Position numbers and translations under genes: made by a program. The notes under the pieces are model-generated. The model had not been told where the DNA came from. It saw only the letters and a program-made list of their open reading frames with translations, and did not search any database. This document shows, piece after piece, positions 12,201 to 23,700 of a DNA stretch of 54,687 nucleotides. The DNA comes from Welwitschia mirabilis (taxonomy: Eukaryota). The first letter of the stretch is position 1. Each line of letters opens with the position of its first letter. Where the stretch lies: NCBI GenBank assembly GCA_051453625.1, contig JBOZIK010000001.1, positions 21,111,764 to 21,166,450 of the forward strand, in the 5' to 3' direction.

Positions 12201-12749
12201 ACTATGCTTATTTGATATTGAAGTCTATTAAAACTACAAAAATGTAATAAAGGCCATTAGCTTAGGTAAGTTCACTCATTTATTTATCGATTAATGATTC
12301 CATCTCCATCATCCATTCCATTACACCTCCATCTAATAAAAATAAAATTTTTAGATTTGACTTTTTTTAACTCAGGATTTTTAGAAATAAATAAAATAGA
12401 CATATCACATTAGTTAGTCTTTCCCTTTCATAGCTTAACTCACATCACTTTGCATGGTTTTCAATAAAAGGACTTGTTAACAGCTTTTTAAGGCTATGTT
12501 GTCAAATATGTTAAACACTTTCTATTATAAATTATGGGGATAAAGTTTAGTCTTGGTTAGGGGTATGACATCCATTTTTCATGAAATTTTTCATTTTGAT
12601 GCTTAATTACTTAAAAATTGGTCATAAATTTTTTTTCAAACTTGTAACATTCTCACACTTGAGCGCTTTCTCTTAAACAAGTTTTCTATATTTAACCATG
12701 TTGTTATCAACTTTTCGCTAAGGCACTAGTAAAATTATAATTAGGGATG
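9226..12749 (+). mobile_element. pol-less internal region of an Athila-derived (LARD-like) element
   Basis: No RT/INT motifs seen. Decayed ORF-like tract at ~9820-11000. 11560-12749 is homologous to 17340-18352 and to the reverse complement of ~48200-49150. Ends in PPT-like TTAGGGATG. Confidence 0.65.
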
Positions 12750-14108
12750 TGTTAACATGTAAAAATTGACATTCTAATCAAGTTAAATGATCAATTTATC
12801 TTAATGGAAGACATTAATATAATCAATTTACCATAAAACATGTATTATATTAATTTTGAATGTTAATTATGAGCTTATCACTTTTCCATGAGATTTATTG
12901 GGTATTTAATGCATCTTGAAGGATATGCCGAAAGTTGATGATTAATCAAGCTAGAACGCTAGTGCTAGTAGCTAGGAACACTAGGTCGCTAGTCTATGAG
13001 GGTAGATCACTTGCATTTTCATGTTCTTGAAATGTCATTAATAATTCAGTTAATTAGAGTTATGGTCTTAATCATAATTTATCTTTAAAATATTCCCCAT
13101 TCTTAATAATACATGGTAGTGATAACGAGGACTCACAATAGTGACATTTGATAGGGCTAAGTAGGATGACAGTGGAGACATATGGCAATGACAATGATTA
13201 GTAGTAGATGCAACATCTAAAAGTCAAGTGTTAGTGTTGTCATAGGAATCTCTATCAAATGGAAAAAATGACAAATCATTCTACCTAATGTCATCATCAT
13301 GTAATCGCTTACCTAATGCTACAAGACAAGAAATTATGACCACCCCCTAACCACATGCTCATTTATAAAAGGACCTTGAGTCCTTCATTGTATTCATCCT
13401 TCATTTAAGCAAAACATAAAACCTTTAGAGCGTTAAGGCACAATGATCTTCTGAATACTCCTTTAGGGAGTGAGCTTATTTTTAAGGACATTGAGGAGTT
13501 ATTCCCATCTCTTCATATTTGATGTAATGTACATTTTTCTGATTTAATAATTTAGAGTTATTTCCTTTTTATTGTTAGTTGTAAATTCAATTTTATGCTA
13601 GGAGTACTTAAGGGATAATGCAACTATCAAATTTACTTTGGTCAATCAAGTGAATTTGCTAAGTTAATTAATCTTCATATTTGTAATCTCATGGACCTTG
13701 TACATGTTAAATTTCACACTTTCCATTTTTATTACAAGCCTATGATGGATTAGTGGCTTTTGAGTTTGCCAACACTCAAGTGATGAATGAGATTATGTCA
13801 CCATGACCCAAGCCTTTATACTTAATGGTCTCAGTTTTTATTTCAGGATAGTGCTACATATGGTCAAATATGAACTTTTAGGAGGATGAATGAGGTGACT
13901 TAAAATTTACTTGCTTCCCATTTTCCAAATGAAGTTTCATAAAATTCTAAACTTCTCTTTTCTCTTTTCCTTTCTTCTTTTTATTATAACTTGCACTTAA
14001 GTTAAAGTTTATATAATTTTTATTTAGTTAGTCCTAATTATCCCTGTGAAAGAATGATAACTAAGTGGAAACTTAGTCTTAAATCTAGACATTGTCAAAC
14101 AATGAACA
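12750..14108 (+). repeat. 3' LTR, family A relative
   Basis: TGTTAACATGTAAAAATTGACATT...AATGAACA, preceded by a PPT-like tract. Homologous to, but more diverged from, the LTRs at 111 and 18353. Confidence 0.85.
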
Positions 14109-15430
14109 ATAGCATTTGTTTTTTAAATATTTTTTCTAATTTTGATACCTTTTGTATCAAACGTTGGTTAAAATATTTTTAAAAATTTATGTCATTCTTA
14201 TAGTTGAATGCTACTCCTTAGGATTTTTCCATGTCGAATCTTTTATTTTTATGTTTTTTTTTACTAAGAGTCTAATAAAACCCTAGTTAAGGGATCTGAT
14301 ACCATGCAAAAATTGACATCCAAACTAAGTATGTTAGACTAATTTAGCTTAGGAAAAAATCTTAAAATAGCTATCTTATCATAAAATTATGTCTTTGAAA
14401 TTTTTTAATATAATTTATGAACTTACAAACTTTTTCATAATAATTTTAGGTTAATTGCTACATTCTAGATAACAAGTTAAAATTTGAAAGTACATTATTA
14501 GAAAATGCTAGAACTATCATCTAGGTTACTAGTGCCATCCGTTCTTTAAGCTGAATGCATCAAAAGCTATGTTCTAAAGACATCTTGAGAAAGTGATCAA
14601 TTTACATTCATGGGATTAAACAAAAGTAACATTAAATTTCAATAAATTGGGAAGTTGTAAAAGTGCTAAATCAATAGAAAAACCTAAAGCGAAAAAACCC
14701 TAATTAAGAAACCCTAATCTTATTTTTACCTATAAAAAGGACCAATCACCCTCATTTATAACAATATTTAACAGAGTCCTTAGCTGGTAAAAATGGTTGG
14801 AACCTCTTAGAGTGTCAAGGTAAACATGGTTTTCTAAGCTCCTCCTTTGGGAGTAGGCTAACTCCAAGGCTAGTCTTGAGGAGTCTATATCAGATTCACC
14901 TTTTTCCTCCAATGTAATGTAAATTATTATTTTAATGAAGTAGTAGTTGTTCATTTTCTATTTTGAGTTGTAAGTAATCTCAAACTTCTAGTAATTAAGT
15001 GAAACTACATTATTGAGTTATTTTCGATAACTGAGTAAGTTATTTAAGTTTACTTCTTAGTTATAGTTACTTTACTTGATGCATCTTAAGCACATTAGTT
15101 CTTGCTTATCATGCTTATGAAACCTTAGACATCATGACTTGATAATTTAAGATTTATTTTAGGAAGTTTTAGAATATCATTAATGTGAAGGTGTGCTATT
15201 AGACAAATCAAGCTAGACTTTGGAGATAGTTCATTTCCCTACTTTACTAGACAAGTTTAGATCTTATCACAATCTTACTTCTTATTTTGTTTTGAATCAT
15301 TGCAGATTTAGATAACTTTATGTTGTCTTTGTTTAATCCTAGCTTAATTTATCCTTATGAAAATAATGAAATTGGGACTCTACTACAATGAGGTTCTTGA
15401 ATTATAAATTGTCAAGGCTGATGTGAACAA
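14109..15430 (+). mobile_element. 3' internal remnant, PPT and diverged LTR (from 14297) of a third family A relative
   Basis: 14110-14296 resembles 12570-12749. TTAAGGGATC is followed by TGATACCATGCAAAAATTGACAT, resembling the family A LTR start. Contains AAACCCTAA twice and CTATAAAAAGG. Right end approximate. Confidence 0.6.
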
Positions 15431-15889
15431 TTAGATGGAAATGAATTGACATGGAGATAATTCTAGATGAACTTCAAGATAACTAAAATGTGAATAACTT
15501 CATCTCATGGTGAGAATAGAATGAAAAGAGTTAAGATATCAGAAAATATGAAATTCTTGATATTTGTAAATTTTAACCATAATTTTATTTCATCTAAGGA
15601 TGCTTAATAAATCATTTTTATTCCTCATTAAAAAGTAACAATATGTAAATGATAATAATATGATTAGGAAAGTGGTATTTGAAATTTAATACAAATACAT
15701 CTATCATATAATGTTTTAAGAATTATATTAAGTAAGAATTATAAGAATATCATAAGTTTAAGTTAATATTTTATTATAAATTAAATTTTATTATTGTAAA
15801 ATGACAGAGATAGAAATGTAACATTAATTAAATTAATACACCCAATCTATATAATAAGAATATTTACCACTTAAATAAACATATATGGA

Positions 15890-16150
15890 TAATATTTTAA
15901 TATTATCTGATTTTAGAAGATACATTTTCATAAAGATACATCAAATAAAAAAAAATCAAGATAGGATGAAAATTATTGCATACAATTCAATAACAAAATA
16001 AATTTTTACCAAGGGTGAGTCAAAACATGTATCAGTAATATTTTAATATTATATGATTTTAGGATATACATTTTCATAAAGATACATTAAATAAAAAAAT
16101 TCATTCAAGATGGAATAACAATTATACATATAATTCAGTAACAAAACATC
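15890..16150. repeat. ~146-bp tandem duplication
   Basis: TAATATTTTAATATTAT.TGATTTTAG.A.ATACATTTTCATAAAGATACAT at ~15890 and ~16036. Confidence 0.85.
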
Positions 16151-16569
16151 TTTTAGCTAAAAGTAAGGTTTTGAATTTTGGTTATGCTTATCTTTAATCT
16201 TTCTAATTAAAGTTTACATTAAGTTTAAAAAAAGTTATTCTTAAAAGACAAAAGAGCAACAAGCATGAGCAAGATTTTCCTAAAATCAAATCTTTATTTC
16301 TATAAAATATTTTCTATCACTTATTACAAAGAAGAGTTTACTTTTAAAGGGAAGCACACCATTAGGATTTTACTATGGTTTTCATGTTTCCCTAGGTGTA
16401 CCATGGTGTGCATACAGACCTTAGCAATTCCCCCCTAAATGTGGGAATACAGTCTCTTCTAAGGGAAACCAGAGTACTTGAAGGAAAACCTTGGAATTTA
16501 GCCTATAATGAAATTTTCTTAAAATAGTTGTTATATGAGGAATTTACTTTATATTAAATAAGTAATTAT

Positions 16570-16705
16570 TTTACTACTACACATCTTGTAGAAAATAGGA
16601 TTATCATGTGCATTATACATCCCATAATGCTAGGTCAAAAAAATATACTACTCAGCCCACAGTACTAGGCAAAAATTTTACTACACATCACGTAGTACTA
16701 AGATT
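16570..16705. repeat. Short degenerate tandem repeat (~35 bp, about 4 copies)
   Basis: Units resembling TACTACACATC.C.TAGTACTAGG.AAAAA. Confidence 0.55.
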
Positions 16706-17049
16706 AAAGGTGACTTCAAATAAAGACTTAAAAGTCAAATTAAGCCTATAATATATAAGAAAAACTGAGTTTAAATTAACTCATATCAATTTAGTTTTGG
16801 ATTGGTAGTGTTGGAACTTCTCTTAATCAAGTATTTTTTCTTAACTATTAGTTGTTTGTTTTACAGTTAGATGGTGTATCAGTGCAATAAATTTATGTTA
16901 TATAAGTTTCTTGGTTTTATGAATCAACTTCACAAGAACTAATATTTTTCTTTCATGACCTAAATCCATTGATTGTATAGAGTAATGTCTTTCAAAAAAG
17001 TTGGTTATAGGATCGTGTGTGATTAGGACTTCTGAAAAATTTAAAAAGT

Positions 17050-17239
17050 TATTGCTACTAAAATAAATATTAATATAAAAAGATATAACAAAATGAAATA
17101 AAAAATCATGACCAAAATAAAAGCATAAGACAAGATTTATAGTGGTTTGGAATACACCCTACTCCACTCTCAGAAGATAGTTAATAACCAAGACTATTCT
17201 GGATCTTTGTTGCATCACTATGCACCAAGTTTTCAAGGC
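17050..17239 (-). mobile_element. Probable Copia LTR fragment truncated by a gap
   Basis: ACAAGATTTATAGTGGTTTGG...CCTACTCCACT resembles the conserved U5 motif of many plant Copia LTRs in reverse orientation. Confidence 0.45.
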
Positions 17240-17339
17240 NNNNNNNNNNNNNNNNNNNNNNNNNNNNNNNNNNNNNNNNNNNNNNNNNNNNNNNNNNNNN
17301 NNNNNNNNNNNNNNNNNNNNNNNNNNNNNNNNNNNNNNN

Positions 17340-20208
17340 TTATGCTTATTTTGAGATTAATTGTTAAGAGTAAATTTTTTAGGGTCTTCAATTTCGATAA
17401 AACTTAGTTGAAAAGGTAAAATATACATTTGTAAATATTCATTAAGTCTAATGTCTTTGATGGGAACAAGATTTATTTTAACTAGGCTAATAAGCCAATG
17501 ATCCCTATAATGTGCAAAAAAAATGAATATGAGAAGAAGAACAAAAGAAAATAATATATCTCTTCTTTAAATGCAAATAAATTTAATTACTTAATTAGAC
17601 TTAGTTAACTTTATCGAGGCTATGAACACTCACTGACAATGAAACTCTAACTATTTACTTTATGATATGTTCAACTATATTAGGGTTATAAATGCTCACT
17701 GGTAATGCAACACTGATTCCTTCACATAATTGGAGGGATATGTTATAATACTAGATACTCAATGTGATTTAAAACTAAGGATGTATATGATAGAATAAAT
17801 ATAAAATAATGAAAAATAAAAGGTGGGAATTAAAGGCCTTTTGTAATTTATTGACTTTTAACTTTCATCCTTAGGATTTGCTATGATTTCTTGATTTCTA
17901 TAAGGTACTTGATCAAGAATATACTTATTTGATATTGAGATCCATTAAAAATATAAAAATATAATAAAGGCCATTAACTTAGTTATGTTTACTCATTTAT
18001 TCATCAATTAATGGTTAAGTCCATTATCACCCTTTCATTATCCATTTCCATCATCCATTCCATCTCACCCCCACCTCATAGTATTAAAATTTGTAAGTTT
18101 TGAGGTTTTACTTAGAATTTTTAGGAATAAATAAAATAGTCATTTTAAATTAGTTATTTTTCCCACTTTTGCATGGTCTTCAATAAAAAAGACTCATCAA
18201 AAATCTTTTTAAGGCTATGATTTGAAAATAATTTTAATACTTTTTACCACATAACATTAAGAATAAATTTTACCTTTGATAGTTTTCTCATGATTAAACA
18301 TTTTATTATCAATGTTTTTCTAAGGATCTTGTAACAGTCTAGTTAGGAGGTGTGTTAACATCTAAAATTAACATTTATGTCAATTGCTTTAGGATAATTT
18401 ATTATAAATAAAGAAATTAATTCAATTGTTTTACTCATCAAATACTTCTTCTATTATTTTTAAAATAAAATTTAATATTATGCTTTTCTCCATGATAATT
18501 ACAGATCTTTAGCCATGTTTTAAACAAATGGAAAAATATGAATACAATTCTACATAAAACAAATAGTTGTAATGGGGAGATGAGGTATCATAGTATTGGA
18601 AGACATGTGGCAGAGGTATGTAGAGATGACATTGAAAACACATGGTGATAGCACTAGTTGGTAGAGGAATCTGGATCCAAAGGCCAAATGTCGAAATTAT
18701 CATAACAAAGATTCCATTAAATGCTATATGATGATCTCCACAAAATGCTATAAAATAACCTCAAACATATGCAGAATGATAAAGATTCTACCTCATGCTA
18801 AAGGATAACAACTTATCTACCTAATGCTATAAGATAACATCCACCAAATACTATAAGATAAAATCTTATTACTTAATACTAAATGATGAAAATTATACCT
18901 AATGCTATAATCCAAAATCTCTTAATAATCCCTCACCCTCATGATCACTTATAAAGGGCCTTGAGTCATTTATTGTATTCATCTTTCATTTGGAAAAAGC
19001 ATAAAACCTCTAGAGAATCAAAGGGCAATGGCCTTTTGAGTACTTCCTTAGGGAGTGAGCTTATTTCAAGGATCTTGAGAAGTCCTTCCTTATTTTTTCA
19101 TCTCTAATGAATATGTATTATTTCTAATTTAATACTAAAGAGCTATTGCTTTTAATTATTAGTTTCAATTTACTTTATATAAGGAATGCTTTAGTAGTAA
19201 CATACTATCAAATTTTTCTTTGGTTAATGATTGGAATTTAATATTTAATTGATTTATATCCTTAATAGTTTCATGGGTCTTGCATACTTTAGTTAATACT
19301 TTTCATTTTTATTATAAGGCTATGGAATTAGTGACTATCAAATTCACCAACGCTCAAATGGTAAATGAGATTATGTCACTGTAACTCAAGCTTTTATACT
19401 TGATGGTTTGAAGTTTATTTTAGGGTAGTGTTGCATATCTTAAAGTGAGGATTTATAGGAGAATGAATTAGACAAATTTAGAGGATACTCACTTTTCACT
19501 TTTTCAATGAAGTTTCACCAAACAAATCTCAACTTCCTATTCTTTTTCTTTTCTTTTTTCTTTCTTTTTATAACTTGCAAGTTAGCAAGAGTTAGTGAAG
19601 TTTCTATTCAGTTAATTCTAATTGTCATTGTGGAAGAATGATAACTAAGTTTTTAACTTATTTTTGAATCTAACAAACTATAAACTATAAACATNNNNNN
19701 NNNNNNNNNNNNNNNNNNNNNNNNNNNNNNNNNNNNNNNNNNNNNNNNNNNNNNNNNNNNNNNNNNNNNNNNNNNNNNNNNNNNNNNNNNNNNNNNNNNN
19801 NNNNNNNNNNNNNNNNNNNNNNNNNNNNNNNNNNNNNNNNNNNNNNNNNNNNNNNNNNNNNNNNNNNNNNNNNNNNNNNNNNNNNNNNNNNNNNNNNNNN
19901 NNNNNNNNNNNNNNNNNNNNNNNNNNNNNNNNNNNNNNNNNNNNNNNNNNNNNNNNNNNNNNNNNNNNNNNNNNNNNNNNNNNNNNNNNNNNNNNNNNNN
20001 NNNNNNNNNNNNNNNNNNNNNNNNNNNNNNNNNNNNNNNNNNNNNNNNNNNNNNNNNNNNNNNNNNNNNNNNNNNNNNNNNNNNNNNNNNNNNNNNNNNN
20101 NNNNNNNNNNNNNNNNNNNNNNNNNNNNNNNNNNNNNNNNNNNNNNNNNNNNNNNNNNNNNNNGTTTTTAACTTATTTTTGAATCTAACGAACTATAAAC
20201 TATAAACA
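17340..20208 (+). mobile_element. 3' internal region, PPT and 3' LTR (18353-20208, spanning a gap) of the family A element
   Basis: TTAGGAGGTG precedes TGTTAACATC. This LTR is the closest match to the LTR at 111. It ends ...CTATAAACA. Possible TSD GTGAT (106-110) / ATAAT (~20208-20212). Confidence 0.82.
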
Positions 20209-20755
20209 TAATTCACTTGAGGTAGAGTGGAGGAAATGACTATTCTAAAAAGCAACTTATGTACAACATCGATGATGTAAACATTATCACCACCTTATTT
20301 CCAACATTCATCTTAAAAACATTCTTATTATATGAATCCATGCTTAATTTTTTTTAAAGCTATACCAAATTGATAATACTTAGACATCCAATGATGAATT
20401 TAAAAAATTATAGCCATCATATAAATATTTACCCTACATCACAATGGTAGAATAATGGAATGATGCATACAACTACCATGGGATCTTACCAAGATATGCC
20501 TTGTTAAGGAACTCTAAATGTCTAAGGTTTGAGGCACTTAATGAACAAGGTTTATACATAGTATGTTAGTTGATTGAATGAAATATCTTATTCAAATGAT
20601 TAAACTAAGAAAAGATCTACTATTTTTTCTTTGATAACATAAGCACCAATTTGGAATTATTTAGGCATTATTGGGAAAAAATACATCAATATATATTAGA
20701 AGTAATAGTAGATAAGATGAAGCCTATCCACTTATAATATTAATTTGGATTTCCA

Positions 20756-23700
20756 TTTTTTGAGAAATAGTAAATATATATTATATTAAAATCTAAAACA
20801 AGATGAGATACAACATAGCTTAAAAGATAATTTTCTAAGATCTATAGAAATGCCACTACTAATCAAAGCCCCAAACATTAGCATCTAATTTAGTTAGCCC
20901 TAGTTTCCAATTCCAATCAGATATAGGTTCCAAATTGACATACCACAATGGGTATACAACAAAATTATATTTATTAGAAGTAAATTTGGAAGAAGAAATG
21001 TGAGCAAGAAAATTGATAGCAATGGGTTTAGTTTTTTCTTCTTTTACTTCTTCTTCCTACTGGGCTATTTGATTTCTTTCATATCATACTAATAATTTTG
21101 CTCTTCTAGTGCATTGTTAGTATGCTTAGAAAGTGTAGGAAGATAGACTCTTCATCACTCTAGCTACATTTATGTGGCTTTCATAGTAGTGAATTTTAAA
21201 TAGGCTCCCTTAGAATGTGCTTTCGACCTAAGATTCCAATATATATTTTTATTTTCCTTTAGTAAAGCATCCAAATCAATACTTCATGTCTTGTCTTACA
21301 ACTTTGGATAAATTAGTGAAGATAATCTAAGAGAAAAAAAGAAGAGACCTATCTAAAATGCCTCCATCATTGTAGCCAGGAAATGAAAGCGACACTAATT
21401 TATTTTATTAAAGTGACCTTCCAAGATGAAGTATTTCATAACTAGAGCATTCCAAGAATCAAAAGGCTTTGAAATATCTTTTCTTCTATAGCTTACTACT
21501 CTCTTGTGTAAAGTTTTTCCTTTCAATCTTTCAAACGATGAAACTATGAATGCTTTAAAAGCATCCCTTTTAAGCTTAATATCCTAAGGAACTATGTGGA
21601 TGACATCACTAATAAAATAAATATAAATGAAAATGATAGTTTTACTATGTGAGTAGATTTATCATTCTAGTTTCTGAGGAACTTCTTTAAAGGATCTAGA
21701 TCATGGACTCTTAGGCTTAAAACATAATAATTCCATTCTATAGCTTGAAAGGCTTCTTAAATTTGGTCATAATTTAATAGCATGTCATGTCTAGATTATT
21801 TAATACTCAAGAACTTCCCATATCTTTTGGTGTATTAAGACTACTACAAATGCTCTTACATGCTTTTAATGCCCCTCTCTAGTATGGTTTAAATGCTCTC
21901 TGCTACTTCCCCTGTAAGTCCAACTCAATTCTATCCATAAGGATTAAGTAATTACCTTTTTTATAGACATGATCGAATCCAATTCTCTAATATACTAAAT
22001 AATTTTAAAATTTAACTTTTAGATAGATATTTTTTCTTATTGGAAAATAATATTACATCTATGCTTCTATAAAATCTAAGCCCCAATGATCATGAAGTTA
22101 TGTTTCTTAAAATAATTAAAGGTATCCAAGCTAATAAGAGAGGTGAAAGAGAGATATTTAAGGCTCTCAAAAGATCTTTTGTAAATAAATATTAAATGAA
22201 TAAGTGATATTAAAATTCATTATCTTTATGATAATGAGAAGGTCGACTCTTAAATTTCTCTGGATAAGTTTATCTGTGATTCGAATGCAACCCTTTAACA
22301 TATATCACTAAAACATCTTAAGTTTCTTAGGAATGTCAAGATTTGATAATTTCTTCCATTTATGGTCATGATAAAAAAATTATGATATATTTATAAAATG
22401 CTTATTTTTCCATTTCAAATGATGAGAGTTTAATTTGCAAAAGCTATGGCTAAACCTCTCCTATGGATTGAATCATTTACCTTTAGAAAATGGAATGTAT
22501 TTATTTTTCTCTATAATTAAATTTGAAAAAATTTACCCAAGGAATACTATTATCTAAATAAAATCTACAATAAGTCTTTGCTAACATGCATTTATTCATA
22601 TCTAGAGTATTTCTAACTCTAAGGCCACCTCCTTTTTTGGCGTAGTTATTTGCTCAAAGTTTACAAGATGAAGCCTCTTGTGAAAATTTCCATCTGACTA
22701 AATGAAATCTCTAATAGTGTTATCAATCAAGCTATAAAATGTTTTGGAAATAGGAAGTAACTGATAAGTAGAAAGTAATGATTCCTAGAAAAGATTTTAC
22801 TAAAAGGATTTTTCCCATACTTGAAAGAAATTTATTGTTCTATCTAGTCAATTAAGCTATATTTTCCTTTATTAAGAAAGGACAAATATTTTTAGTAGTC
22901 TAATCATAATTAAGAGGAAGTCTAAGATAAGCATGAGGGAAGTCTGCTGGTAAACATTAAAAAATCTTCAAAATGTTTGACTTTCTTTTTTAGGGAGTGT
23001 TTATTAAGAGTATTTTATATTTATGCCAATTGATTTCAAGATTTAAAAACTTATAGAATTCATTTAAAATGCTATGAGCTTTCGAAGTTATAGGAAGGCT
23101 AAAGTCAAGAGAATGGGATAGAAGAGGGCTAATTAAGTTGTCAAGATCTAGCTCCAGTAAAATAATATGACTAGAGAATCCATCACAAGTATAAAGATGT
23201 ATTAATATTAAAATACAAAAATAAAAAAAATGCCTAAGGAGCATGGGAATACTATGCTTCTGTAATATATAATCCACTATTTCCCATTAAACTATGTTGA
23301 ATACATAATCCACTATTTTCCATTAAACTGTGTTGAATGCTTTGGCTATGATAAGATTAAGAAACATTATAGGCTTATTCTTTTGATGATGTAAATGAAT
23401 AATTTATTGGCCAAAATGATATTATCATGGATGAATTTACCTCATATGAATCCAGAATAAGAAGATAAAACCATGTCTGAAAGGAGCATATTAATCTTGT
23501 CAATAATAATTTTAGAACAAAGCTTATAGAAAACATTACAAAGACTACTTAGTTAATACTAATGAGAACTTTTTATATTTTTTAATTTGGGGATAAGGAG
23601 ATGAGCATATCATTAAAAGGTTTATAAAAAGTATCTTTTTTGAAAATTTTGTAAACTATAGCATAAACATTAAATTTAATGATGTCCTAAAAAGTTTGAT

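Noticed and set aside
14109..14120. ATAGCAT after the LTR end (similar AATAGCAT after the 47318 LTR) as a decayed PBS
   Set aside because: Too short. Both LTRs are positioned as 3' LTRs, and the downstream sequence at 14110 matches 3' internal DNA rather than a 5' UTR.
14295..14304. TCTGATACCA, the reverse complement of a tRNA-Met PBS
   Set aside because: Better explained as the PPT/LTR-start junction of a family A relative on the plus strand. No minus-strand gag follows.
14695..14718. AAACCCTAA motifs as an interstitial telomere
   Set aside because: Only two isolated telo-box-like copies within an LTR, not an array.
19649..20209. ~45-bp direct repeat flanking the N gap
   Set aside because: Near-identical sequence on both sides of a gap indicates overlapping contig ends, an assembly artefact.
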